Origin: a virus
Taxonomy: Duplodnaviria > Caudoviricetes
Reading direction: 5' to 3' (one strand)
DNA: 54,275 nucleotides
IMG/VR virus record: IMGVR_UViG_3300043466_002653
Span: 1-54,275 of that record
The number at the start of each line of letters is the position of its first letter. Position 1 is the stretch's first letter. Both the position numbers and the translations under genes were made by a program. The notes beneath the pieces were generated by a model, which did not search any database, had not been told where the DNA came from, and was given only the letters and a program-made list of their open reading frames with translations. Shown piece after piece: positions 1 to 8,603 of the stretch.

Positions 1-156
1 AAGGTTTGGAAAACTTTCAGAAAGTCAGGGAAAAATTTAGAGTGGTTCGTAATGTATTCTATATGGGGGTTTGGGTATTCTTATTTATCCCCCGCCAAAA
101 AAGCGGGGACTTCGTAATGTCTGATAGTATTATTTTATGCGCTAGTCCGACGGGAT

Positions 157-339
157 CTAGGCAAGAGAACTAAGTAGTGCTATAACCCCTAGTATAACAA
201 ACAAACAACCTAGAGTCAAACCATAAAAGAACTTCTGATTCTGTTTATCTTTTTCAATAGAAGGTTTGTTAGCATGATTAGAAAAACCATCATTAATAAA
301 GTATGGTCCACCGTGCTTTGAGAAATAGTTTCTACCCAT
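157..339 (-). CDS. small membrane protein, hypothetical
   Basis: C-terminal hydrophobic helix (FFYGLTLGCLFVILGVIALL); ATG at 339 lies 6 nt after TATAAT (leaderless). Confidence 0.6.
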   Translation of the reverse strand: MGRNYFSKHGGPYFINDGFSNHANKPSIEKDKQNQKFFYGLTLGCLFVILGVIALLSSLA

Positions 340-507
340 ATAAATATTATAACCCCTATTTGACAAACAAGGTTTGATATGGTATAAGTTCTGGGACTTT
401 TTTTCAAACCATCGTAATAAGATTCTGGGAAATTTTTAGTTAGGTTCGTAATACATCGCTAGGATGCTATAAGGTTTGAAAGGTTTGAAGGTTTGATCCC
501 CTAGGGC

Positions 508-523
508 GCACCCCGAAGGGTGC
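508..523 (-). terminator. stable hairpin (UUCG loop) after the 532-828 gene
   Basis: GCACCC-TTCG-GGGTGC on the minus strand; no clear U-tract. Confidence 0.4.
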
Positions 524-531
524 AGCCAGGT

Positions 532-828
532 TTACTCTTTTTCTCTTTCGCTTTTCTTTTGCTCTACGATTGCGAGCAGGTCATCAAGATTATCAACATC
601 AATGACATCTTCTTCTGTAACTTCCATAGCGTCAAGGAACATAGCAAATGTTTCGTTTACATATTCCTCTGCCATTGGTAGCGGTGTTACTACTCCCGTT
701 GCAATAAACCAAGCAAGGGGCAAGCCCACATCGTTGTATCCAATGAATGGCTTCAGGTCTTCATCATCTCTGAATTCATACCAAAACTGTCCTAAAATAC
801 CACATCTATCTGAAAATTCTACTTCCAT
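532..828 (-). CDS. hypothetical early protein (acidic)
   Basis: 98-aa ORF with GAGAGGA SD, overlapping the upstream gene. Confidence 0.75.
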   Translation of the reverse strand: MEVEFSDRCGILGQFWYEFRDDEDLKPFIGYNDVGLPLAWFIATGVVTPLPMAEEYVNETFAMFLDAMEVTEEDVIDVDNLDDLLAIVEQKKSEREKE

Positions 829-1061
829 AATTCTGTGTAATCCTCTCCTAAGTATCCTGTCATAAGTTTATCATACTCTTCCCCTGCGGTCAAGGCAACT
901 ACTTCAAGTCTTCGTGCTACGATAACTGGGTGGTTTCGTACCAAGTGAAAACCAAGTGCTTCCAAGTTCAATCCCATATCCTCAGTTAGCAGTTTAGCCA
1001 TTCGGTTAGAGTATTGTATTTCTTTAGTGCTTTCGGGTTTCCTACGAACGCTGTAAGCCAT
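819..1061 (-). CDS. hypothetical early protein
   Basis: 80-aa ORF, GAGAGG SD, TTGCGC-17-TATAAT promoter at 1081-1109. Confidence 0.75.
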   Translation of the reverse strand: MAYSVRRKPESTKEIQYSNRMAKLLTEDMGLNLEALGFHLVRNHPVIVARRLEVVALTAGEEYDKLMTGYLGEDYTELWK

Positions 1062-1184
1062 TGTCTACCTCTCTCAATCCATTATACCGTAAAGGACAGG
1101 GAGGCGCAACCCCCACAGACTGCGCCATCCCTATCTTTATTTAGTTAGTCAGCGGGGACCCATCCGCACTGACATTATTAGGCG

Positions 1185-1538
1185 CTAAGCGCTAATAGTT
1201 TGTGGAGCATATGCATTAATAAATGCTTGCCAATCGACTGACTGGTTATCAGTAACAGTCCTGTCTGTGAAATTAATAACTACGGTTTGTTCTCCAAGGT
1301 CCATAGAGCCATGATTATTAATAGCATAAATACCAAACCCTGTCTCATCCAGAATGAAATGCTGAATAAGATGACTAATGATCATCCGTGTTCCATATGA
1401 AGAATCATCCCATCGTGGTTTGGCATGCTGCAGGGCAGCAGCAATGTCCATCTCCCATGAGTCCTGGCCCCAGTGTGAGTAGAGTACTGTAGATGAATCG
1501 GTACCGTCCATAAATACGAAATTAATACGTGCTCCCAT
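1185..1538 (-). CDS. conserved phage hypothetical protein
   Basis: 117-aa ORF with LYSHWG motif; TAATG-coupled to the upstream gene. Confidence 0.75.
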   Translation of the reverse strand: MGARINFVFMDGTDSSTVLYSHWGQDSWEMDIAAALQHAKPRWDDSSYGTRMIISHLIQHFILDETGFGIYAINNHGSMDLGEQTVVINFTDRTVTDNQSVDWQAFINAYAPQTISA

Positions 1539-1879
1539 TAGTTCTCCTCCACATTGTATTCGCCTGTAAAGTCGATAACAATCATACCAACTCGTCCGTC
1601 CTCTGTTATGTCTGCATATACAGGGTAGATTCCGTCACCATATCCCGTGGAAAATGCTACAGCACTCATTCCACCCAATTGGCCAAAGCCTTTACCGCTT
1701 GTTGCATTGCAGGCACCAAGATATCCGTACTCTCCAACTTTTTGTTCGTTACTCTCGTAACTATCTACATCTCTATCCCAGTTTTTCCATTCATCTAAAT
1801 AGCACGGGTCACCAATAATTGCCTGTCCGCTATCTACTGAGAACTCTCCAATAAGTGTTAGGTTATTTGCTTGTATCAT
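1538..1879 (-). CDS. DUF4241-like protein
   Basis: VDSGQ..GDPCY and FSTGYGDGIYPVY motifs. Confidence 0.7.
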   Translation of the reverse strand: MIQANNLTLIGEFSVDSGQAIIGDPCYLDEWKNWDRDVDSYESNEQKVGEYGYLGACNATSGKGFGQLGGMSAVAFSTGYGDGIYPVYADITEDGRVGMIVIDFTGEYNVEEN

Positions 1880-1880
1880 T

Positions 1881-2312
1881 TTACTTCTCCAATCCTACGA
1901 GGGTCATTTCTTCAAGTGTAGCACATTGCGTACATTTTTGCAAATCGTGTTCGTCGAAGGCATCTCTAATAGTATTATCAGGGTCCTCAAACTCTGCTTG
2001 GCAGTTCTCACAATAGAACCAATTAAAACTAACTCTGATTTGAATGTCAGTATTTTCGGGGAATGGAATCTCAGTGATAAAGTATCCCAATCTATTTACA
2101 AATCCCCAGCCGCTCCAGATAAAGGAACCACCATCATCGCCATCCCCATACATCCATATATGATTAGGGTCAGTCTTCTTTACAAAGGCAACTTCATCCC
2201 CATAGGTTTCAAACATCATTCCATCGAAGGAAGCATTCTTATCTATATTATTAGGGATAGGTTTATAAGTGGCTACCCACTCGTCATAGTCAAGTTCAAT
2301 AAAGTTATTCAT
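1881..2312 (-). CDS. hypothetical protein with C-terminal Zn ribbon
   Basis: FETYG and VNRLGYFITE motifs, two CxxC pairs. Confidence 0.75.
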   Translation of the reverse strand: MNNFIELDYDEWVATYKPIPNNIDKNASFDGMMFETYGDEVAFVKKTDPNHIWMYGDGDDGGSFIWSGWGFVNRLGYFITEIPFPENTDIQIRVSFNWFYCENCQAEFEDPDNTIRDAFDEHDLQKCTQCATLEEMTLVGLEK

Positions 2313-2335
2313 TGGGTCCTCTCTTTATACTAAGT

Positions 2336-2611
2336 TTACTCTGTTGACTGTAGGTCTGTCAACTTCATACGGATAATGTCATATGCGTCGATAGCACCAC
2401 ATGCATAGTCATCTGTAGCGGTGTCGCCATCTTCTTCACAGGACTTGCGTACTAAGGTTAGTGCAGATATGCGTTCTTCTACAAAATGAAGAAGGCTTTC
2501 TACAACATCAATGGAGGCACACTCTCCGCAGTATGCTTCATAGTCTTCTTTGTCAGTGTAGGGGATAGACTTACCACATGAGTTACACCATGACTCATCA
2601 TACATTCCCAT
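2336..2611 (-). CDS. hypothetical Zn-finger protein
   Basis: CNSC/CGEC; ATG at 2611 with GGAGA SD. Confidence 0.65.
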   Translation of the reverse strand: MGMYDESWCNSCGKSIPYTDKEDYEAYCGECASIDVVESLLHFVEERISALTLVRKSCEEDGDTATDDYACGAIDAYDIIRMKLTDLQSTE

Positions 2612-2879
2612 TTTTTCTCCTATCGTCAATTGCAAATGCCAGTTGATATGTTAGGCCATACACTTCTACAAGTGCGTCAAGCCTTCCCTCTGCTCGTGTG
2701 CGGTCCATAGACAGCATAGCGTCTGAGTATCCACCGTCTTCTTCCTCAGTAGCAATTTCACTATATTCTTGCTCTGCAAGGAGTATCAGGTTTTTTAGTT
2801 CTCCATGTAGGATATCAGTACCTGATTCCCCCATGTCGATTAGTTTCTGTAGTCTTGGTTCCAGTTGTGTTGTTTCCAT
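2598..2879 (-). CDS. hypothetical early protein
   Basis: 93-aa ORF, leaderless start 6 nt after TATGAT. Confidence 0.7.
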   Translation of the reverse strand: METTQLEPRLQKLIDMGESGTDILHGELKNLILLAEQEYSEIATEEEDGGYSDAMLSMDRTRAEGRLDALVEVYGLTYQLAFAIDDRRKNGNV

Positions 2880-3044
2880 TACTCTATCATACCCTCTGCC
2901 ACTGACAAAAGGTGGCGGGTAGCCAAGACCTGACCGTTTAAATGAATAACAGAATCCCTATCCCCGTCAGGTAGGAGATCATAGTCCTGTTCAAGACTAA
3001 GTAGATGAATCTTTATATATTCTTTGAGTGTGTTTATGTCCATA

Positions 3045-3323
3045 CTATAAAGTATACGGGTTCGTGTTGATTTTTACAACTTCACGGGGTGTGACCTTGC
3101 TCACATCTAAAGAGTCTATGGCTATACCTGTCTGACTCTTAAACTCATCTAACATTTCTATAGTGTCAATGGTTGGAGATACCGTGGCATCTTCCCAAGA
3201 GATTAATGTCACATGGGATGAGGCCTGGCAAATGCAGGCGGGATCAATCTCAGGACTAACACACGCAGTAACCTCTATAAGAGCATCACAGGTATTACAT
3301 ACATAGATATACTTAGTCCACAT
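3045..3323 (-). CDS. hypothetical protein (CxxC..CxC)
   Basis: ORF coupled to the upstream stop (TAATG). Confidence 0.6.
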   Translation of the reverse strand: MWTKYIYVCNTCDALIEVTACVSPEIDPACICQASSHVTLISWEDATVSPTIDTIEMLDEFKSQTGIAIDSLDVSKVTPREVVKINTNPYTL

Positions 3324-3481
3324 TAGTCAAAGTACCCTTCTGCCCATAGTCCATCAAGGAATTCTGTTGCCTTATATAGGTGGTCGTGTAGCCAGGGATC
3401 ATTATTAAAATCAACGGTAGTTATAACAGAATGAATAGCCATGGACATATTATCTAAATCTTCTTTAGTATAGCCTAACAT
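3323..3481 (-). CDS. hypothetical protein
   Basis: Start MLGYTKEDL at 3481, coupled to the upstream stop, GGGAGAG SD. Confidence 0.6.
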   Translation of the reverse strand: MLGYTKEDLDNMSMAIHSVITTVDFNNDPWLHDHLYKATEFLDGLWAEGYFD

Positions 3482-3645
3482 TACTCTCCCCAATATTGTT
3501 GGATAAGCCACATGCATTGATGAAGAGTGCAATCGCAATCTCCACCGTTCATGTTTTCCATAAATTCAAAGTGCGATAGGTTGTCCTCATAAATTTCCAT
3601 TACGAGTTCTGATATTGTGTATGGTTTGTATGTTGTTTGGGTCAT
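3481..3645 (-). CDS. small hypothetical protein (54 aa, not in ORF track)
   Basis: MTQTTYKPYTISELVMEIYED...; leaderless start after the 3652-3680 promoter. Confidence 0.6.
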   Translation of the reverse strand: MTQTTYKPYTISELVMEIYEDNLSHFEFMENMNGGDCDCTLHQCMWLIQQYWGE

Positions 3646-3651
3646 GTATTA

Positions 3652-3680
3652 ATCATAGCATTTTAGGGGATAAATGTCAA
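3652..3680 (-). promoter_or_regulatory. sigmaA-type promoter
   Basis: TTGACA-17 nt-(TGC)TATGAT. Confidence 0.8.
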
Positions 3681-3781
3681 CTATCGTAATCAAAAAATGT
3701 GGGAAATGTTATTTGATCATCTTAATAGATATTATCAAAAATGTCAAATGGTACAAAACGGACATGCCCCTAGGCGATTTG

Positions 3782-3855
3782 CGAAGTGTACGGGACTTGA
3801 ACCCGTGATCTCTACCGTGACAGGGTAGCGCATTCACCAACTATGCTAACACTCC
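3782..3855 (-). tRNA. tRNA-Asp (GTC)
   Basis: Cloverleaf: acceptor GGAGTGT/ACACTTC, D arm GCAT/ATGC, anticodon arm CTACC-CTGTCAC-GGTAG, T arm ACGGG-TTCAAGT-CCCGT, discriminator G; CCA not encoded. Confidence 0.95.
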
Positions 3856-3859
3856 ATGC

Positions 3860-3886
3860 GAGCAGTTTTCAATCATGCTCAGGATT
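3860..3886 (-). ncRNA. repeated H-type pseudoknot motif, copy 1
   Basis: AATC-CT-GAGCA-T-GATT-GAAAAC-TGCTC. Confidence 0.7.
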
Positions 3887-3892
3887 TTTTTG

Positions 3893-4909
3893 TTATGCTA
3901 AAGACATAACATTTTGCACAACTTTTAGCAAACGATTTTTTTCTGCATTGATAGCAGGGTCAAAACCACTTGCAGATGCAAGGATTGACTCGTTAGAACC
4001 ACCACGAGCAGAACGGTACCAGTCAAGGCGTTCTGTAAGTGCATTGAAAGCACCCCACGCATTACCAGCAATCATACCATTGAACTCGCCTGTGTAAATA
4101 TCATTTACCATGTCGATTTTATTTTCCCATTTCTTGAAAGCACCCTTAGAGTCTTTTTCAGGCTTAGGATATGAGGCGAGCAAAATGTCATTGAATGACT
4201 TAGCACTTACCTCTTTTTCAATCATAGCCTTTGCCATGATGTCGAATTCGTCCATGTACTTATTAGCCATGCCAAGAGTTTCACGAGCAATCGCAACTTT
4301 ACCAGATGCGGTCTGAGTGTGACGAATCTTGAATGATTGCTTGATGCCATTCTTTTTCTTGATTGAACCAAGAGCAAGATTGAGAGTGTTAGCGCATACA
4401 ACACGAACAGGTGTAATGCTTGCTTGAATTGCAATCGAACCGTCATGTGATGTGTTGATGAGCAAATAAGTTTTGACCTTATCTGCAACACCTGAAGGGT
4501 CAAGAATTGTTTCACGCTCTAATGCAAGAGCACCGAATACAACACGACCACCCTTGATAGAGCCAGCGGTTTCCCAACGACCACCACCGTCAAGGATATT
4601 ATCACCGAATGAGAATAAATCTTCATTCTGCATTACATGGTAACGCTCACCCACGACACCAAGAATGTCGGTCTGAGAATTATCTGTAGGGTTAGTGCGA
4701 AGAACATACTGATAGTTCTTGTCGCTTGTGAGATGTGTAGGGGTTTCCAAATCTTCCAGACGAACATTCCAACCATTGAGGCTTGCTGCCTCTAACATTT
4801 CTGAGGTTGATTTTTCTTCTGTAAATACGGTACCCAATCCATGCCAAGCGGGTTCACGGAAAGATGCGAATGATGCCTTGCCGTTTTGTGTTTCGATGTC
4901 ATGTGCCAT
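3893..4909 (-). CDS. DUF932/DUF945 (TIGR03299-like) phage protein
   Basis: PAWHGLG, WETAGSIKGG, SHDGS, TPVRVVCANTL, IRHT and WGAFNALTE motifs. Confidence 0.9.
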   Translation of the reverse strand: MAHDIETQNGKASFASFREPAWHGLGTVFTEEKSTSEMLEAASLNGWNVRLEDLETPTHLTSDKNYQYVLRTNPTDNSQTDILGVVGERYHVMQNEDLFSFGDNILDGGGRWETAGSIKGGRVVFGALALERETILDPSGVADKVKTYLLINTSHDGSIAIQASITPVRVVCANTLNLALGSIKKKNGIKQSFKIRHTQTASGKVAIARETLGMANKYMDEFDIMAKAMIEKEVSAKSFNDILLASYPKPEKDSKGAFKKWENKIDMVNDIYTGEFNGMIAGNAWGAFNALTERLDWYRSARGGSNESILASASGFDPAINAEKNRLLKVVQNVMSLA

Positions 4910-4941
4910 GAGTTATTTTCCTTTTCTGTTGTTGAATTCTA

Positions 4942-4970
4942 AGTATAGCAGGACGGACTGACATATGCAA
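4942..4970 (-). promoter_or_regulatory. early promoter, TGTCAG class
   Basis: TTGCAT-A-TGTCAG-N7-TGC-TATACT. Confidence 0.8.
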
Positions 4971-5057
4971 ATCAAGATAGTTAGGCATAGACAAATTGGA
5001 CAATTTCCAGCGTGATCTTAATCACACATCTTAAATGGGCGTGTCGGCTTGACAAAG

Positions 5058-5066
5058 TTATCCACA
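5058..5066 (+). promoter_or_regulatory. DnaA box
   Basis: Perfect TTATCCACA in an intergenic spacer. Confidence 0.6.
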
Positions 5067-5094
5067 GGCCCCCTAGGAAATTTCAATAAAGAAT

Positions 5095-5123
5095 GAGCAG
5101 TTTACGTGGCCATGCTCAGGGCC
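5095..5123 (-). ncRNA. repeated pseudoknot motif, copy 2
   Basis: GGCC-CT-GAGCA-T-GGCC-ACGTAAAC-TGCTC. Confidence 0.7.
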
Positions 5124-5169
5124 CTTACCCAGTTTAGAGACTTTTGGTATGTCTATTAGTAGCCCCCTA

Positions 5170-5598
5170 CTAAAAATCAATTCTATCAACTGTAGCGCTA
5201 AGCCAAGTGATGTTGTCAGAATTATATGACACTGATTCAAAATCAATATCATTTATAATTGATTCTGTATCTTCGTCGTGAGGTACCTGCAGTGTTAGGT
5301 TGTAAGTTACAGTAACTTCAACTTCAACTTCTTGTATTAGTTCAAATCCGCAGATATTAGAAATTGCTTCGGCTTGTGATTCTGTTATATCTCCGTCGCG
5401 CAATTCGGAAAGAGTCCACTCTTGCATGTCGTTACGCATTTTGTTTATCTCTCCAGCGGTTGCATAGTCACGCTGTGTGATACGCTGAATGTGCTCATCT
5501 TTACTTTTGACTATTTCTTCAAGATTAGTAATTTGTCCTTGAAGAAATTCTGTTGTTGCAGTTATTACTGTTGGATATGATGTTTCCATGCGGTCCAT
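5170..5598 (-). CDS. hypothetical early protein
   Basis: 142-aa ORF, AGAAAGAGG SD, own promoter at 5630-5658. Confidence 0.75.
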   Translation of the reverse strand: MDRMETSYPTVITATTEFLQGQITNLEEIVKSKDEHIQRITQRDYATAGEINKMRNDMQEWTLSELRDGDITESQAEAISNICGFELIQEVEVEVTVTYNLTLQVPHDEDTESIINDIDFESVSYNSDNITWLSATVDRIDF

Positions 5599-5659
5599 AG
5601 GGGCCTCTTTCTATTTGTTGGTTAGTATAATTATATCGCGGGGTACTGACAAATGCCAG

Positions 5660-6157
5660 TTACCAAGATGATGAATAGTAGAATGATAGATTATCTACTT
5701 CAGGTAAAGCAAAGATACGCTTCAACTGAGTAACGGTACTTTCTAAATCTCTCCAATACCATTCATCAATATCTGTGCCACCAAAGAAAAATCCTGCTTG
5801 TGGTGGTAGTAGTGTTGGGTCCTTGGATTCAAGTGCGTGTTCACAGATAACCATTAGTTCTGTTAGTTTATCTTGTGGAACATAGTACTCACCGCAGTTG
5901 TCCTCACCCTTTTGAATATTAGTAACAAACCAGTTATGTATCTGATTAGCCTTGCGCCAATAGGCACAGGTAACCTCTACGGTTGCTCCATAAATATCTG
6001 TAGCAACATCCGTGAGTTGAGTCAACTCTAATAGGTCATTGAATTTTGGATAGACGGCTTCGGGTGAGTTGTAAGATAACTCATCATTGGACTGTAGCGC
6101 TTTCCAGTTTATTTTTTCTAAGTGCTTTCGTGCGTTGAGATACATATCTAATCCCAT
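5660..6157 (-). CDS. conserved phage hypothetical protein (MGLDMY / YWRKANQIHNWF family)
   Basis: Characteristic N-terminus, GFFFG motif and YYSSSW end. Confidence 0.85.
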   Translation of the reverse strand: MGLDMYLNARKHLEKINWKALQSNDELSYNSPEAVYPKFNDLLELTQLTDVATDIYGATVEVTCAYWRKANQIHNWFVTNIQKGEDNCGEYYVPQDKLTELMVICEHALESKDPTLLPPQAGFFFGGTDIDEWYWRDLESTVTQLKRIFALPEVDNLSFYYSSSW

Positions 6158-6184
6158 TGGGGCTCCTTCTTGTTGTTTATACTA

Positions 6185-6213
6185 AGTATAACAGGGGGGT
6201 CTGACAAATGCAA
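6185..6213 (-). promoter_or_regulatory. early promoter, TGTCAG class
   Basis: TTGCAT-T-TGTCAG-ACCCCCC-TGT-TATACT. Confidence 0.8.
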
Positions 6214-6225
6214 TTCCCTTGCGGG

Positions 6226-6252
6226 GAGCCTTTTTGGATCATACTCAGGATC
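6226..6252 (-). ncRNA. repeated pseudoknot motif, copy 3
   Basis: GATC-CT-GAGTA-T-GATC-CAAAAA-GGCTC. Confidence 0.6.
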
Positions 6253-6310
6253 ATCATCTCAGGCATACCCACGCATCATGGCCTGGGGCTTAGCAGAGAT
6301 GAAACTTAGT

Positions 6311-6337
6311 AAGCAGTTTAGCGACATACTCAGGTCG
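6311..6337 (-). ncRNA. repeated pseudoknot motif, copy 4
   Basis: CGAC-CT-GAGTA-T-GTCG-CTAAAC-TGCTT (G-U pairs in stem 2). Confidence 0.7.
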
Positions 6338-6376
6338 TTTATTCCCGTGTACCTCAATTAGAGGTGTATAGGAAAG

Positions 6377-6799
6377 TTATAGGTAACGGGCTACCGCTTG
6401 ATAAGTTGATGTGGAAACTGTTTCCTCATCTGTCATCTTTAGGATACGAATTGCGTTGCCAATTTCCTCTTTTTGGTTATTGTATTCGTGCTTGTGGATT
6501 GTATCAAAATCCTTCTCAGGCTCAGCAGGGAAATTAGAATCACTACCGACAATATCAAAATCAACATTGAGAGTCTTGTTCCATGAACGATAGTTCGTTC
6601 TGATGTTCTCAGCCTTTGAGAAATGGGCAATAGCATAGTTTGCTAATTCTGTCTGCCATGCCTTGTATGCTTCTTGATACTTTGCTTCTTTTGCTTCTTG
6701 TGATACAAAGTCAAGTTCTAACTTATTTAGTGATTGTGTGAGTGCGTCAATTACACGCTGAGTAGGTATTTTTACTGAGATTGCTTTTCCTCTTGCCAT
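6377..6799 (-). CDS. hypothetical early protein
   Basis: 140-aa ORF, helical N-terminal half. Confidence 0.8.
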   Translation of the reverse strand: MARGKAISVKIPTQRVIDALTQSLNKLELDFVSQEAKEAKYQEAYKAWQTELANYAIAHFSKAENIRTNYRSWNKTLNVDFDIVGSDSNFPAEPEKDFDTIHKHEYNNQKEEIGNAIRILKMTDEETVSTSTYQAVARYL

Positions 6800-6846
6800 C
6801 TGTTTTTCTCTTTTCTGTTGTGGGATATTTGTTAGGGGGTTGTGTT

Positions 6847-6873
6847 GAGCAGTTTTGTATCATGCTCAGGATA
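6847..6873 (-). ncRNA. repeated pseudoknot motif, copy 5
   Basis: TATC-CT-GAGCA-T-GATA-CAAAAC-TGCTC. Confidence 0.7.
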
Positions 6874-6897
6874 GTTGCTTTAGCGTTATTGCTAAAC

Positions 6898-7062
6898 TTA
6901 CTTTGCCGTCCAAGTTGTGTAACGGGCTGAACCATTTACATCTAACTTGACTCGTACATTACCATTAGCCTGTGGTGTGATTTCTTGGATTGTTCCAGTT
7001 ACCTTTGACTTCTGAGTTGTGTAGAGGTCGCCGACCTTGTATGTTGCTGTTGCTACTGACAT
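6898..7062 (-). CDS. small beta-rich protein (54 aa, not in ORF track)
   Basis: MSVATATYKVGDLYTTQKSKVTGTIQEITPQANGNVRVKLDVNGSARYTTWTAK; TTGACA-18-TATACT promoter at 7106-7135. Confidence 0.7.
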   Translation of the reverse strand: MSVATATYKVGDLYTTQKSKVTGTIQEITPQANGNVRVKLDVNGSARYTTWTAK

Positions 7063-7408
7063 TATTTTCTCTTTTCTGTTTAGTGGTTATTTTTTCTTAT
7101 ACCTAAGTATAACATTTTGTAGATAAAAATGTCAAATTGGAATCTGACATTTCTCACATACTGAGATTACTTTGGGGTCTTGATTTATGTTACGCTATTT
7201 AGTTATAGTATAATTTTAGCAGAAAAATGTCATAAATGCAAATCCTGGGGGGGTTCTGGGGTGTGACCTTAATTACATCTTAAAGGCGTGTCTAAACTTG
7301 ACAAATCAACATTTTTGCCCTAGGGCCCCTTAGTTACAAGGGACTTGCAAAAATAGAATATAAAAATATTGCAGTTAGAAATAAAATAATTACATCACCC
7401 ATTACATC

Positions 7409-8149
7409 TCATTTCTTAGTCGCAGAAAAAACTATGTCTGCTTTAGAGTATACACACAATGAGCAAGAAACGCAAGCCGAGCCATTAGTTGAGATAAGTG
7501 GAATTTGCTTATTGTTTTCAGGACACTTAGCGCCAGGTCTTCCCGTTAGTGCTTTCATGTCTGCCTGGCCTATTTCAAAATTCTTGGCAAGGTATGCTAA
7601 CTTTATGCCGTGATCCATTTTGAGTTCAATACCCTCATCCTTATTCTCGCTATCAGTAGAATAGTATAGTGAGAGATTAGGTTGGTCTTTTAGCATAAGT
7701 GCTGCAGACTTTACACGAGTGTATACCCAGAATTGAACATCACGGTAATCCATGATTACTTGCTTCCATGCATAGGCATATGTATCATTGAAGAAGTCAC
7801 CGTCCCAGTGAATACGGAATAGCATAGGTGCGTCTTTCTTTGCACAATCTTTGATAAAATCTACTATCATTTCTTTTAGTAGTGCGACCATAGTTTCATA
7901 GTCTGCGTCTTTTAGCAAGGCCCAGTTATGGAGCAGATTAGTTTTTACTCCTGGGAATATCTTTTCCAATTTGCCTGCGTAGCAAACAGTTTCGCAGATA
8001 GACGTTGCACCAGGACATGAATAGGCCTTTCCTGCAGGTAGTCCGAAGGTATTGGCAATTGCGGCTTGCTTTCCATTTTTTGTGACAAGGTTAGCCACCT
8101 TTCTATCGTTGGAGCGTTTTAGTTTTAGAGTAATTGTATTAGTAGTCAA
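7409..8149 (-). CDS. GP88-like Fe-S/radical-SAM-like phage protein
   Basis: FGLPAG..CPGATSICETVCYA, FRIHWDGDF, FWVYTR and C-terminal CxxCxxC; TTG start uncertain. Confidence 0.75.
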   Translation of the reverse strand: MTTNTITLKLKRSNDRKVANLVTKNGKQAAIANTFGLPAGKAYSCPGATSICETVCYAGKLEKIFPGVKTNLLHNWALLKDADYETMVALLKEMIVDFIKDCAKKDAPMLFRIHWDGDFFNDTYAYAWKQVIMDYRDVQFWVYTRVKSAALMLKDQPNLSLYYSTDSENKDEGIELKMDHGIKLAYLAKNFEIGQADMKALTGRPGAKCPENNKQIPLISTNGSACVSCSLCVYSKADIVFSATKK

Positions 8150-8327
8150 GTCCGAGGCTCATTTCTAATGCGATATCTTCATTATAGGTTGCAGACATTT
8201 CTTCAAGTACGCAATGGGTGCATTTTTCTTCATACTCATCTACTGAGTTTTCTTTACATTCAGGGCAGGTTGTTGCATAGTATTCGTCATAGTTTTCGTC
8301 ATAGAATTCATCTGCGATATTTCCCAT
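8139..8327 (-). CDS. small Zn-ribbon protein
   Basis: CPEC/CTHC, GGAGA SD, promoter at 8358-8379. Confidence 0.65.
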   Translation of the reverse strand: MGNIADEFYDENYDEYYATTCPECKENSVDEYEEKCTHCVLEEMSATYNEDIALEMSLGLDY

Positions 8328-8523
8328 GGGGCTATTCTCCTTTTTGTTGATATTTCAATTGTAGCATTTGGGTCTGACATTTCTTACGGTTGTAAGTTTT
8401 TTTAGAGGGCACAGAAGATGCAGCGTTGCTACGGCGTAATTCCATAAGCCTACGTAATTCCTCTGGATTTTTCTTCATAGAATAATCTTAGCATACATGG
8501 ATAAAAAATGTCAAATCTTAAAA

Positions 8524-8539
8524 TGTGATAAATCTCACA
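8524..8539. promoter_or_regulatory. CRP/GlxR-type site
   Basis: Perfect TGTGA-TAAATC-TCACA preceded by AAA. Confidence 0.75.
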
Positions 8540-8603
8540 CCGACACGCTAGGTAAATTGCCTAGGCATTTTTGTGCGGGGAAGCACACAAAAAATACTTT
8601 TAT

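Noticed and set aside
3782-3855. tRNA as a prophage attachment site
   Set aside because: No integrase, no duplicated tRNA 3' end and no host genes in the window.
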